Position numbers and translations under genes: made by a program
From: Eledone cirrhosa
Lineage: Eukaryota
Length of the DNA: 64,000 nucleotides
NCBI GenBank assembly: GCA_964016885.1
Contig: OZ024746.1
Location: forward strand, 41,974,001-42,038,000
Direction of reading: 5' to 3'
Notes under the pieces: model-generated
What the model saw: only the letters and a program-made list of their open reading frames with translations
What the model was told of the DNA's origin: nothing
Database searches by the model: none
In this document: positions 1-13,350 of the stretch, piece by piece
Numbering within the stretch: position 1 is the first letter of the stretch
How the letters are laid out: each line of letters starts with the position of its first letter

Positions 1-268
1 AATATGCCCCCACATCCTCCCACTGCAAGGTGGTCGTGGAGGTGCCACGGCAAAAAAGCACCCAGCCCACACTGTAAAGTGGACGTGTAGGCACCACGAA
101 AAAGCACCCAGCACTCACTGTAAATGAGGTTGGTGTTAGGAAGGGCATCCAGCTGTAGAAATCAAGCCAAATCAGTTCCTGTATGAGCAAGGCATGGTCA
201 GCCGACCAGACACTGCCCACAACAGGACAACCCGTGGAACAACGGACGTAAAACGGTGATGATGATGA
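1..268 (+). mobile_element. 3' UTR/tail of the RTE LINE family, ending in (GAT)n; cut by the window start
   Basis: Near-identical to 37179-37456, the 3' end of the RTE LINE: GGTGCCACGGCAAAAAAGCACC...GGAAGGGCATCCAGCTGTAGAAATCAAGCC...GGACGTAAAACGGTGATGATGATG. Confidence 0.85.
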
Positions 269-305
269 TATATATACACATATAAACATATATATATATA
301 TACAC

Positions 306-388
<83 letters not shown>

Positions 389-596
389 TACATATATATA
401 TATATATATATAATGAAATAAATATGGTTTTATAAATATAGTTTCCATTTATTAATATTGTATATCTACTCCAAATATTTGTCGAGTGCTTTATATCAGT
501 TATAAAAATATTTGCTTGTTGTATCCCAACAATTTAAATAAAACTTTTGCATATATACATATATATATATATACATATATATATATACATATATAC

Positions 597-649
<53 letters not shown>

Positions 650-652
<3 letters not shown>

Positions 653-1083
653 ACTCAGTAACAGAGAAGACCCGCCTTACCTAAATATATAGTAAAACCT
701 ACTCCAGCCAGTAGGCATCTCTAACAAAATACACCCCGTCCCACCACCACCACCCCCACCCCATCCACACCACCCCGTCCTAAGTAAAGTTATGTTGGTG
801 CCGCGCCATCCAGGCCGAAACAAATGAGATCGTGTAGGTGTCACGACAAAAAAACACACAGTCCACGCTGTAATGTGGCCGTGTAGGCAACACGGTAAAA
901 ACCTCCCAGACCCACACTGTAAATGTGGTTGGTGTTAGGAAGGGCATCCAACTGTAGAAAACCTGCCAGACAGTCCTATGCGAGCAAGACAATCACTCTT
1001 GCCTCAAGTGGGACTACCCCGCTCCAAACCCATGCAAGCGTGGAACACGGACGTTAAACGTTGATGATGATGATGATGATGAT
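650..1083 (+). mobile_element. 3' end of a diverged RTE subfamily with (GAT)n tail
   Basis: Same module order as 37130-37456 (hairpin modules, GGTTGGTGTTAGGAAGGGCATCCA, CCCATGCAAGCGTGGAACACGGACGTTAAACG(TTGA)(TGA)n), with many substitutions. Confidence 0.75.
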
Positions 1084-1107
1084 ACATATATATATATATA
1101 TATATAC

Positions 1108-1168
<61 letters not shown>

Positions 1169-1197
1169 CATATATTTATATATATACATATATATAC

Positions 1198-1315
<118 letters not shown>

Positions 1316-1329
1316 ATATATATATATAC

Positions 1330-1400
<71 letters not shown>

Positions 1401-1406
1401 TATATA

Positions 1407-1468
1407 TCATCATCATCATCATCATCATCATTTTACGTCCGCTTTTCCCTGCTTGCAAGGGTGGGACA
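1407..1468 (-). mobile_element. Short 5'-truncated tail of SINE family A
   Basis: Reverse complement of GTCCCACCCTTGCAAGCAGGGAAAAGCGGACGTAAAATGATGATG, matching 7446-7498; another such fragment lies at about 40453-40507. Confidence 0.8.
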
Positions 1469-1491
1469 ATATATATATATATACATACATA

Positions 1492-1559
<68 letters not shown>

Positions 1560-1586
1560 TATATACATACATATATATATATATAT

Positions 1587-1639
<53 letters not shown>

Positions 1640-1824
1640 CATATATATACATATATATATATATATACACATACATACATACATACATATATATATACAT
1701 ACATACATACATATATATATATACATACATATATATATATATATACATACATAATTATATATATATATTTCGTTTCTGAATTTGTTTAGCAAGATTCTTT
1801 ATCTGAAATTGTGTGTTGAAACCG

Positions 1825-1925
1825 ATATTGTTATACTTTGGGAGGGTCATGTTGCCAATAAAGTGAAAGCAACTGGTGCGTGTGTTTCTTATTGGCAACA
1901 TGACCCTCCCAAAGTATAACAATAT
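1825..1925. repeat. Perfect 37-bp inverted repeat with 27-nt spacer
   Basis: 1825-1861 ATATTGTTATACTTTGGGAGGGTCATGTTGCCAATAA is the exact reverse complement of 1889-1925. Confidence 0.95.
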
Positions 1926-2012
1926 ATATATATATATATATACATACATAATTACATATATATATATATATACATACATAATTACATATATATATATATA
2001 TATATATATACA

Positions 2013-2048
<36 letters not shown>

Positions 2049-2081
2049 TATATATACATACAGACATATATATATATATGC

Positions 2082-2121
<40 letters not shown>

Positions 2122-2728
2122 GGTGGCTGCCAACTCGTTTTCGAGTACGGCCACTACTTTATATCCATGTAGGAGAACTCCTACCGATGCGCTGAACGAG
2201 TGTGACTTTTTACTCCAGCCAGCGACTTGAAAACTTTGGTACAAACACTTCACTTGTGAGAATTATTGACACATAGTGCTGGGCCCATGGTACCATGTGA
2301 CGACAAGTGCAGAGAGATCTCCAGATATAAAGCAATGCCTGTGCCGTGAAGCTTTTATAGTGGGCAAAGGCACTGCACAAAGCCAGTCCCACTCTCTTAA
2401 CCAAGATGATATTTACCAAAAAGAAGAACAAGTCAGCATCATTGGATACCATCAGAGTTGCAGGTGTTATATCAGAGTTTTCCTGCTCCTAGAATTCTGC
2501 CTTGACAAAGGCTAAGGGGCATCACTCCCAGTGATTTTGGATGGCCATTGACTCTTAAGAGCTCCTTTGCCCTTTGACAGGTATTGTTTTTAGTCCTGCA
2601 GGATGTCCAAAGTCACCCTCCTCACCAAGAAACCTTAGTGGGGTTGCCAGTTTAGTCGCCAACGACCCGACCATGAGACAGGTTGTACTGGAATACATGT
2701 TACCAGTAGCACGAACTGGTGACCCGAC

Positions 2729-2730
<2 letters not shown>
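2122..2730 (-). mobile_element. GC-richer TE fragment between (TA)n tracts, possibly the 5' UTR of a non-LTR retrotransposon
   Basis: Sharp composition change bounded by TA repeats, no convincing ORF, several hairpins at the 2640-2730 end. Family and strand are inferred. Confidence 0.4.
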
Positions 2731-2771
<41 letters not shown>

Positions 2772-2796
2772 CATATATATATACATATACTTTAAT

Positions 2797-3140
2797 GGAG
2801 GCATATCCCTTAGTGGTTAGAGCATTGGCCTTGCAATCAAAAGGTTGTGAGTTCAATTCTCGGACCGGGTGACGTGTTGTTTCCTTGAGCAAGACACTTT
2901 ATTTCACATTGTTCCAGTTTACTCAGCTGTAGAAATGAGATGATAGGGACTGGGTTCCCTATCATTCCACTGCAAAGTGGTCGTGGAGGTGCCATGGCAA
3001 AAAAAGCACCCAGCACTCACTGTAAATGAGGTTGGTGTTAGGAAGGGCATCCAGCTGTAGAAATCAAGCCAGAATCAGTTCCCGTCCCACCCTTGCAAGC
3101 AGGGAAAAGTGGACGTAAAATGATGATGATGCTGATGATG
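2797..3140 (+). mobile_element. tRNA-derived SINE family A with RTE-type 3' part
   Basis: Degenerate A box (CCCTTAGTGG), B box GTTCAATTC, core CCTTGAGCAAGACACTTTATTTCACATTG, then a segment shared with the RTE 3' UTR and a (GAT)n tail; near-identical to 44858-45188. Confidence 0.9.
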
Positions 3141-3320
3141 ATACATATATACATATATATATATATATACATATATACATATATATATACATACATATAT
3201 ACATATATATACATATATATACATATATATATATACATACATATATACATATATATACATATATATATATATACATATATACATATATATACATATATAT
3301 ATATATACATACATATATAC

Positions 3321-3365
<45 letters not shown>

Positions 3366-3424
3366 CATATATATACATATATATACATATATATACATAT
3401 ATATATATATACATACATATATAC

Positions 3425-3471
<47 letters not shown>

Positions 3472-3539
3472 CATATATACATATATATACATACATATAT
3501 ATATATACATACATATATACATATACATACATATATATA

Positions 3540-6500
3540 CAGTTCTATAGAGCTGTGTGCACCTCCCACTACACATACTAGAAACTCCCAAATATGCCGC
3601 TACTCACTACGTCAGAGGCTAGGCACATGTAGCGACCGTATATTTACCTAATTACTGGGTACTAGGTGCACTAACACTGCCAGCTATCACCAAAGCACAC
3701 TGCCTGCACGTAAGGTCACAGTCCTGAAATCTGCCAACATTCCCAACATGAGAGGCTATGTCTGCTGACTGACTGTCCCTTCACTCATCTTCCTGGGACA
3801 CAACACATGAACAGAAAAGGGGCTTCATGCCAATCCACAAACCACAATAAAGCCACCCCCTGCTGCGGTAATGCTGCTCCAGTCTCCTCACAAAGACATT
3901 ATTACAACAACAAAAACAACAAAAGTAATGCTGCTCCAGTCTTTTCACAAAGACACAACAACAACAACAAAAGAGGGAACTGCAACCCTATCCAATGTTG
4001 TAACCACAAATCCAATCAAAAACTGCTCCCTGAACAAAAAAAAAGACTTTCTTTTTTAGCCATGAACCTGGCAAAGGAGATAGAGAAAAACATTTTAGCC
4101 ATCACCCAACACCAACCTTGCTGTCACTAACACACAATCACAAAACAAGCCCCCTGGAACAGTCAAAACCAGCCACCACACTAGCCTCCACACTCTTACT
4201 CAATACACAAGGTATCATCCCATCCATCAATGCACAGAAATGGAAGATCCAATTCATTGAGGATTGGGTTGGTAACCATCCATTTCACATCCCCTTCTTC
4301 ATTCTTACTGAGACCCACCTTGACAACTCCCACTTGGAGGCCGAAGTAAGAGTGAGAAATTTCACAACCATCTGTGCGGATCGTGTGGGCAGAAGGAAGG
4401 GTGGAACTGCCATTTTCCTGCATGATTCCTTTATGGCAGATGGCAACACAACATTCTCTAATGGATACTGTGAATCAGTCACTGTGCACAATAAAGCCTG
4501 ACATTAGTTGGGTTCTATAGGCCTCGACAAACACCCACAATCTGTTTCAAAGAATGCCTCAACAGTATTAAATGCTTTATTAAACAATGCCATTCTAACA
4601 ACATACTTTTGATGGGAGACTTTAATCTACCCTGTGTTGATTGGTCTACATGTAGTTTTAAACCAGGCTCCACAGCCTCAACTACTGACAAAGAGGCTGT
4701 CGAGTCACTTCTTGACTTCATGAATGAGTTTTTCTTGTCCCAACTTGTCCTTGCACCAACGAGGCATCAGAAGAACATTCTGGATCTAGTGTTTAGTAAC
4801 CACACTAACACTATACATAATATTACAGTGGAAAATCCCTTCTCTCAGACCATGACATGGTTCTTTGTAACCTGAGATTCCACCAGCTGAAAGCTAATCC
4901 CAGGGTTCTCTCTCCAGTCCACCCATTTGATAACATGGATCTCCACAATGCCAACTGAGATGCAATTATGAACGAACTATCACATGTCGACTGGTCTTTT
5001 ACATACACACACACTTCCACCAATATCAAAACATCTTGGCAGATCTTTGTATACACTGTCACAAATATATGTACAAAACATACCCCACCAAAACCTGTGA
5101 ACAAAACCAAGTGCAGTATCCCCCAAAACAGAAAAACAAATATCAGAAAAATAAAAAGAACAAACAAAAAAATTAACACACTAAAATACTGCCAACAGCA
5201 ACACACACATTCAATGGCTATCACCCTGCTTGAGTCAAAAAAATATAACCTCCAGCAATGCATGATGACCATCATCAATAACCAGAGAATAGCTGAAGAG
5301 AGGTGGGCCATTGAGAAAATCAAACTCAACCCCAAAGTGTTCTTCTCATTCGCCAAAAAACACAAGGTCACTGTCTCCACTGTTGGCCCCCTAGTTGATG
5401 AAAACGGCACACTCCAGGACAATGCCAAAACCATGGGCGAGATACTGCAGAAACAATACTGCTCTGTTTCAGTAACCCTGATATGGCCGATCTGGGCCAT
5501 ATCAGTGATATTAACTCCCAACACACTATATCAGACATAACGTTTGGCGCCCCTGATGTCTTAGCGGCAATAAACGAAATTAAACACAACTCAGCAGTAG
5601 GCCCTGACAGGTTCCCTGCTTGTGTCTTGAAAGTGTGTCGACACCAACTTGCAACTCCTCCTGCTAATCTGTGGAGGAACTCACTGGACACTGGCTATAT
5701 TCCTGAAAACTTTCTGTCCCAGTCTGTTGTCCCAGTCTTCAAAAAGGGAAATAAGTCCCTTGCAGTGAACTACCACCCGATCTCACTCACCTCTCATATT
5801 ATCAAGGTATTTGAGAGGGTGGTGAGATCATGAATAACCCACTTTCTTGAAAGCAACGGCCTGCTGAACTCCAACCAACATAGGTTCCGTAATGGAAGGG
5901 ACTGCCTCACGCAGCTCCTGCATCACTTTGATCATGTTTTGAGAGCCTTGGGAGAGGGCTCCAACACTGATGTCATCTACCTTGATTTCAGCAAGGCCTT
6001 CGACAGGGTTGATCATAAGATTATACTGAAAAAACTATCCGATGTTGGTGTCTCTGGAAGGTTACTACAGTGGATCAAATGTTTCCTGACAGGCAGAACC
6101 CAGCATGTTGTAGTCGAAGGAGTAAAATCAAGCCCTGCCAAAGTCAGCAGTGGCGTCCCACAAGGCACTGTGTTGGGCCCACTTCTTTTCATCATCTACA
6201 TTAATGACATTACTGACATCATCAAACACAGCAACATCAGAATCTTCGCAGACGATTCCAAGCTCCAAAGGGTCATCAATGAGGTGGGTGACCGGACTTG
6301 CCTTCAGTCAGACCTACTGGCTGTTATCCAATGGGCAGAGATGAATAATATGCTGTTGAATGAGGATAAATTTGAACTAATCCACTTTGGAAAAAGGGAT
6401 GCCCTGAAACTACCATACTCTCTTCCTTTGGGTGAAATTCTAGTGGCTTCCAATAACATCAGAGACCTGGGAGTAATTGTGGACAACAATATAAGCTGGG

Positions 6501-7192
6501 CCACTCATATAAACAGCAAAGTTGATATGGCCGGCAGAATGTGTTCCTGGGTTCTCAGAACTTTCCAGTCGAGAGATATCCACACTGTTTTCCTTCTCTT
6601 CTCCACTTTTGCCCGACCCCACCTTGAATACTGTTGTCCACTGTGGTCACCCCACATGAAACAAAGTATCCCAAAGGTCAATTACAAAAAAGATAGTTGG
6701 CATGACAGGCCTTGACTATTGGGGTCGATTAGAAAAGCTCAAACTTTATTCTCTTCAATGTCGCCGTGAGCACTACATTATCTGTATGATGTGGAAAACA
6801 TTCCATCAGCTTAGCCCAAATGATGTTGGCATCTTTAGTGTACACCCAAGGCTTGGGCCCCGTGCTATCCGCCCACGACAAAAATCCCACTCGCATCACA
6901 TAACAACAATACGGCACAATTAATTCACCTCAATTGGCCTTGCACTCTTTATCATTACACCAAAACACATCAAAGCAGAGCCAGACCCCATCAAGTTCAA
7001 GAAGTCTTTGGATAAATTCCTTCAAGAAATCCCGGATAAGCCTCCTACACCTGGATATGCCTCCGTAAACAATAACTCTGCTCGAGTGGGCCATGGTGCC
7101 CAAACACTGATTTATAAGACTTCGCCAGGTGCTGCTATTAAGTTAGACATGACCTGGGCCAATACTGGCCGAAACCTATCAAAGTCAAAGTT
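3540..7192 (+). mobile_element. Degenerate CR1/L2-group LINE (CCCH-finger remnant, APE endonuclease, RT)
   Basis: APE motifs LTETHL, GGTAIF, MGDFNLP..W, PTR...ILDLVF. RT motifs YLDFSKAFDRVDH, SGVPQGTVLGPLLF, FADDSK, RDLGV, RPHLEYCCPLWSP. Split over several ORFs by frameshifts and stops (e.g. in-frame TGA at 5831-5833). Flanked by TA repeats. Confidence 0.93.
5483..6715 (+). pseudogene. Reverse transcriptase portion of the CR1/L2-group LINE
   Basis: ORFs 5483-5833 and 5939-6715 share a frame and are separated by one TGA; the read-through gives ITHFLESNGLLNSNQHRFRNGRDCLTQLL. Confidence 0.9.
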
Positions 7193-7205
7193 ACATATAT
7201 ATCGA

Positions 7206-7498
7206 CAGGTTGTGAGTTCAATTCTCAGACCGGGTGATGTGTTGTCTCCTTGAGCAAGACACTTTATTTCACATTGCTCCAGTTTACTCAGCTGTAGAAG
7301 TGAGATGATAGGACTGGAGTCCCTATCATTCCACTGCAAAGTGGCCGTGGAGGTGCCACGTCAAAAAAGCACCCAGCACTCACTGTAAATGAGGTTGGTG
7401 TTAGGAAGGGCATCCAGCTGTAGAAATCAAGCCAGAATCAGTTCCCGTCCCACCCTTGCAAGCAGGGAAAAGCGGACGTAAAATGATGATGATGATGA
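7206..7498 (+). mobile_element. SINE family A, 5'-truncated (starts just before the B box)
   Basis: AGGTTGTGAGTTCAATTCTCAGACCGGG... collinear with 2842-3140. Confidence 0.9.
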
Positions 7499-8042
7499 TA
7501 TATATATATATATACATATATATACATATATATACATATATATATATATACATATATACATATATATATATACATATATACATATATATACATACATATA
7601 TACATATATATACAGACATATATACATATATATATAAGAGAGTATTGAAGTTTGCTTGAAGCATTGTGGAATAATAAGGTAAATTTCTTTAAGTCGTTTG
7701 GAAGCCTCGACAATGCAAATGGGTAAATCTCCGTGTAACAAGATCCGGTGGTGGAGAGAGAGATGTAAGTGGGTGTACGTTGAGATGCGTGGCGTGTATA
7801 AGACGTGTAGAGGAATGAAGGAAAGAGCATAAAGGATAAAATAAAAATAACAACACGAGAGAGAGTTACCTTGGGAGAGATTTAATATTTCGGATTCACA
7901 TCCATCAACTGGGGTTTTTTTCCGGGGTGGGGGAAAGGTTGTCTGTCGGAAAGGTGCGAAACGCGTCCTCTGCTGTTCGTTGTTTTGAATATATATATAT
8001 ACATACATATATATATATATAAATATATATACATACATATAT

Positions 8043-8165
8043 ATTCATTGTTGTAGTGGAGTCTGTGCTGCCGTACGGGTCTGAGACTTGGACACTGACC
8101 AAGAAACTCACTCAGATTGTGGATGGGAATGCTGAGGATGGCTCTGGAATTATCTGAAAGAACAA
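8043..8165 (+). mobile_element. Fragment of an RTE-group RT C-terminal region
   Basis: Translates as [28 protein letters not shown]../MLRMAL, the typical YG.ETWTL motif. Confidence 0.7.
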
Positions 8166-9190
8166 GAGACCACTGTTAAATAAGGTATGCCACACATCGA
8201 ATAGAAGGAACTTCTACAGAACTAGCACTGTTTCACTCTGTGATATGAGCCTACAAACATGCAGGAGAAACTCCTGAGTAACAGGACACTAACTCGACTT
8301 TTAGAAAACTATTAATCTCCACTTTGGTATAGAATACTCATCCTCATATACATGTGTGTGTGGTTGTATATACACGCACACACACAAACATACACACATA
8401 TATATATACACACACATACACATATATGTGTGTATAAAATTTATTTATTGCAAGAATATGGAAATGACAGCTATGAAGTTATTATGGAGAAGAATCTTAA
8501 TTGATATTTTATTTATTATTTATTATTATTATTTAATTTATTTCTCTTTGGGAAATTTATATATATTCGGATTTCGTTTATAATATATTCAAAAAGTATT
8601 CAAATAAATATTGATATTATTCAGTTCTTTTGAATTTCTGAAGGGATCTTGAATTAACTTATATCAGCTGAGTTAAGGCCTCAGAGAAATAAACCATTAA
8701 TATGATGGCTAGAATTAAAGTATTATCTGAAATGTGATATTGCATAGAAATAATGATGTCTTAATAATCTCATTTGTGACTTCTAGGTATTTCACTTTAA
8801 TGCTGTTAATTACTCTATTTAGCTAAAATTATACAAAACCACATTAACATGCTTCTATGTGTGCATGTGTGCATATATTTATGCTTAATAAATCTGTTTC
8901 ATCTAAACATGGCTCTACAACATACATTCATACATAAATGGATGACTGAACACACATACATGCCTCCCCTCCATTTTTTTTTTATTTCTTCCTCTTCTCA
9001 TTCTCATCTATCTTTCTAATTCTTCTTTTATTTATCATTCTATCTTCTGCTGAAGAACTAGGGTCTGCAAAGTTAAGACTCTTTTCCTACTCTAAATTCC
9101 GTGTACTATAATATTTCTTTTGTTGTTTTCCATTTACGTTTTGCATATACATACATACACACACACACTCATATATATATATATATATAT

Positions 9191-9655
9191 CATCATCATC
9201 ATGAACCTTTTTTTGTCCATTTTCCGTGCTTGCATGGGGTTGGATGGGTTCTTTTCAGCACATCTTCCATTCACTGCATTCATTTGGCATCTCCTTGGTG
9301 AGTCTCAGTGATTTGAGATCAACTCTCACCACCTTTGCCCAGGTTTTGGTTTCCTTCCACTGGGATTTTCTGGTACTTCTTCACCCAGTGATTATCATCC
9401 ATGTGCATCACATGTCTGTACCAACATATTCTTCTCTCTTGCACACCACTTCCTCATTTCATTCAAGCTCTGCCTTTCTCTCACATTTACATTGCACATC
9501 TAACAAAGCATGGTTGCTTCATTTCTTCTCCAGTCTACACATTTCCTACACAGTCATAACCCATGTTTCACTACCATGTAGCATTGCACTTCACACAGAA
9601 ATCATACAGTTGTCCTTTTGTATATAGGGAGAAACCATTTGTTGCCAACAGTGAG
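9191..9655 (-). mobile_element. RTE relic (C-terminal ORF remnant plus tail)
   Basis: The reverse complement resembles 36680-37080 (LLATNGFSL, AMLHGSETW) and ends in CCAACCCCATGCAAGCACGGAAAATGGAC..(GAT)n. Confidence 0.7.
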
Positions 9656-10367
9656 AGTATATGACGAAGATGGTGAGATGGATCTATAATATCGAGACTA
9701 ATAATATGGATTTACATATTTACTATCAATTACTCACTATATTAATTGATCATGATCAGTCAACCTCCTGAAACAATCATAAAACAATCTCGTTATCACA
9801 CAGTGTTGACATATTCAACTTCTAGATGATCAGTGATAGAACAGAAGCTATCTGTAGATATCTTCCTGTGTATCTATCTATCTATTTACCTATCTATCTG
9901 TCTCTCTATTTATATTTGCCTCGGACAAGAGGCAGATGTCTCATTTAGGATGCTACAGTTAGAAACGTTTTTGTTGCTCCCTCATACATCATGTATGATT
10001 CAGCAAAGGTGAGCTTCACTGCATATGTAGCTGAATGGAATGAAATTCTAAATACCAGGAATTATTGGCAAACCATTTTTTTCAACCTGTATCATTCAAG
10101 ATGTTTGAGAGAGCTGGGCTGCCTGCAATGAAGTTCTTGTTATTGTTGATGGTTTTCTTTACTGATGCATCAGATGATGCCTGATATTTCACTGCCTTAG
10201 ACCTACTGTCGTATGTGGCCAAATTATTAGAGGGCATGTGATTGGAGGTGTGGGTCTTTTCTCTCCTTGATTTTCTTATTTTGTAATTTTCTTAGTTTTT
10301 TAATACACACAGTTTGCTAGTTAAATTTATGTAAGATTAACATTTAATCCAGAAATATATATATATA

Positions 10368-10600
10368 TCATCATCATCATTGTTTAACATCTATTTTCCA
10401 CACTAAAATGGGTTAATTATGTTGTTCCATTTGAGAAAAGTCAGATCAGGTGACCGTGTCTTGCTTATACAGAACTGTTTCTGGCTTGGTTTCTATGGTT
10501 GGATGCCCTTCTTAACACCAACCACATTTATAGTGTATGCGGGGTGCTTTTTGTTTTGACATCTACACTACCACTTTACAGTGAGGGCTGGGTGCCTTTT
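10368..10600 (-). mobile_element. Old RTE/SINE-A type tail
   Basis: TTTCTATGGTTGGATGCCCTTCTTAACACCAACCAC is the reverse complement of the shared motif, preceded by (CAT)n. Similar pieces lie at 60450-60651 (+) and 61027-61290 (-). Confidence 0.7.
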
Positions 10601-11364
10601 ATCATATATATATATATATACAATATATTGTTTTCAGTGAATATCACAGCATCCACCTGAAAAGGAGGAGAAGCTTAACTCAATAAGAACAAAATTGTTT
10701 ACTTAAGATTAGATGTTTAAGTCCCCATTTTCTTTCATCTCTCTACAACGTTGTATTATCTGCTTAAACATGGGATATGATTTATAGCACTTTCTGCTTT
10801 TAAGAGAAGGTAGTAAGGTGCATGACTAAATTCTTTACAGTATTTTGTTCTATATGCTTATACAGTGATGTTCAAATTCTGCTGGCTAACTTTGTATTCT
10901 ATTCCCATATCGTCATTAAATTATTATACCAGACATGTACTGGTCAACATTCAATTATTTATATCCTTATCCTCCAAATCTGTATCTTTGTACCAATCAA
11001 TGTAAGAATTATTATTACTCAACTACTAGCTCCCACACATGCAGACTTCTTTTTTCTCTTTCTGTCTATACTGCAATGGCTTCTGCCCTTCTGTAAAAGT
11101 TCTTTGTATACCTTTACCAACAAAACCCACTTGAGCCACCCATCTTTCTTCTATCCATCACTTTCACTGTGTAGTCCTTCCCACAACCAACACCAATATA
11201 TATCTAAATTCTACAATGGTCATTCATAGAAAACCACAATTCTGTACCATAAAAACTAAACATTATAAACATTATAAACATTGACTTTCCTTTTCAGAAA
11301 ATAGAAAATACTGCAGTCTTGAACAGTTCTTGATTCTCACTACATAGAATAAATATTCCTTTTA

Positions 11365-11418
11365 GATGATGTACCTATTATTGATGATGTACCTATTATT
11401 GATGATGTACCTATTATT
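11365..11418. repeat. 18-bp tandem repeat, three copies
   Basis: GATGATGTACCTATTATT three times. Confidence 0.9.
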
Positions 11419-13059
11419 CATCAGATATACAACCTTCACTATATCAACATTCTAGCCCCTGTGGTCGTCTGATTTATCTATTATTTCTATAAAATTTTCT
11501 ATATACATAGGTTGGATGGGTCTTTTACAACACAATATCACACCAATTGTTACAGTCAATCTTTATCTGCTTCATAAGGTTCAGCATTCAGAGATCAGCT
11601 TCCACTTCTTCCCATGTCTTCCTTTTCTGTATTGGTTATTTATAAAAAGAAACAAAATGCTTTGTGAAGTCACAAAATGTTCCTTGCTTGAATGTATTTC
11701 ATTGTAATTTTTACTTGCATGCATCAAAATTTTCAATCTTTTATGCCAGCCAAATGGGTATCTTCTAGGTTCCTGATTGTTCAATGTGGCATTTCAAAAA
11801 ACATTTTTATTCTCTTTGACCTACAAAAAATTACTTTGGTTTGCTGTCATTAAAAGAATTCTAATTTTTGTGTTTAGCAAAGTCAAATATCAAAAGAAAG
11901 AATCTAAAAGCTACTTTGAAGTCAAACTAAATGCCATTATGATTTTAACTCTTTTGACATTTTTTTGTACAATATCTATGAAGTAATAGATACATTCCAG
12001 TCATTGAAATCATGGCCATTTTATTTTATAGCAGTAAAGTCATGATTTGTCTCAGAACAAATATTTCCTAACTTTCCATGAATAAACCTTTTTTACTATT
12101 CAAAAGCTTTTCAAGCAGCATAGAGAAAAGAATGTATCATGCATATCTTTCTAACAATGACTCATTCAATAACACTTAGAAATCACCCATGTTTCTTTAT
12201 TTCATTCATTAAGAATTTATCAATATGATGAAGTAAAACCCCACAAACCAAGCTGCCATAATCTTGTATAGTTAGCTATCAGATAATTCTATCAGAAATT
12301 AGGTGAATATTATATTCCTGGTGATACAAATGATTTTTCTGTATGGAATATTGTTTAGAAAGTTAAACAATAAGGTAATTAATTAATCAATTATTAATCT
12401 AGAATTGATCACAAAATAATAAAAAGTGATCACTCTCTGTGTATTCATCTCAATTCTGTCTGCTCTATCAGCATCTATATTTCAATAGAGATATATACAA
12501 ACCTGTATTACTCAGCAAGTTTGTTTCTTAATTGGTTCCCATTGCTTTGCTGGGTTATAGAACCAATGTCACATTATTCTAAATGAGATGCATCATATAA
12601 TGATATTAAACACAAAGATGAAATGTATTTCCCCAAATTAAGTAATATTTTGTATTCTGAATTTAGAAAATATACAATATGGTTGGGGATAGAGTTGTGG
12701 TATATATTGAATATATAAAAGAGTAGTTCTGCAAGAGGCTTATAGACAAAAGTTATAGAATTAAAACGCTTTATATTCCAGCAAAAGAATAAATATACAG
12801 GCAAACACTAAATAGATTTATATTTAGGCAAGTGCATAACCTGCTGTTTTAAGGACAGAATAAGTGATATTCTGATTCTTCACTTGACTGTAACAAATCT
12901 GTTTATGGATTATATTTGTGTGTGTATGCAGGGCCAGAATCAGAAATGCAGAGGAAAAGGGGGGTATGTAAGCTAAAGGATCTCTCTGTCAAATATAAGT
13001 TAGGAAAGCTATACATTAAGTATGCAACAAGGAGGAGGAGAAGATAAATACATATGACA

Positions 13060-13350
13060 TAGAGAACACTTGGAATTTTTTATGGGACAACTAGCTGTAG
13101 GCTACTGATGAGATCTGTGCTTGGGGTAAAGTATCAACCAGATGATAAGTGACTTGGTAGTTGAACATTAGTGTAAATAGAGCCATTAAAGTTAAGAGAC
13201 AGGCATGGAAAGACTGGAGAAAATGTGGATAGTAAATAAAAATATTGCATAGCTAAAATGAAAGTATACAACAGATTTACATACCAGGTAGAGAAGCAGA
13301 TAGCAAGAAGTTTGACAGTGTGTTGCATTGTAAGGATCAAATGCATGTGT
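13060..13350 (+). mobile_element. Old relic of the PHD-RTE family (APE-RT linker)
   Basis: Encodes NTWNF..ATDEICAW, RQAWKDWRK, ADSKKFDSVLHCKDQ, matching 35010-35290. Confidence 0.7.

Noticed and set aside
2575-2730. Possible HDV-like ribozyme on the minus strand (GGGTCAC/GTGACTT, CTAA, CCAGT/ACTGG pairings)
   Set aside because: I could not build a nested double pseudoknot with the required L3 (UCCNCGY) and P1.1; only generic hairpins are supported.
2797-2870. tRNA-like sequences (also 24470-24541, 44858-44930, 53408-53480)
   Set aside because: A and B boxes are present, but the cloverleaf stems are imperfect and the sequence continues into a SINE body; these are SINE heads, not tRNA genes.
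2797-7498. SINE-LINE-SINE arrangement resembling an LTR or composite element
   Set aside because: The second SINE is 5'-truncated, there is no shared TSD, TG..CA ends or PBS, and the RT is non-LTR type; independent insertions are the simpler explanation.
7885-7975. GAAACGCGTC and GGAT-GTGA-ATCC-GAAATATT hammerhead-like halves; similar weak case at 9045-9080
   Set aside because: No complete core and no stem I pairing; possibly Penelope debris, but too decayed to call.
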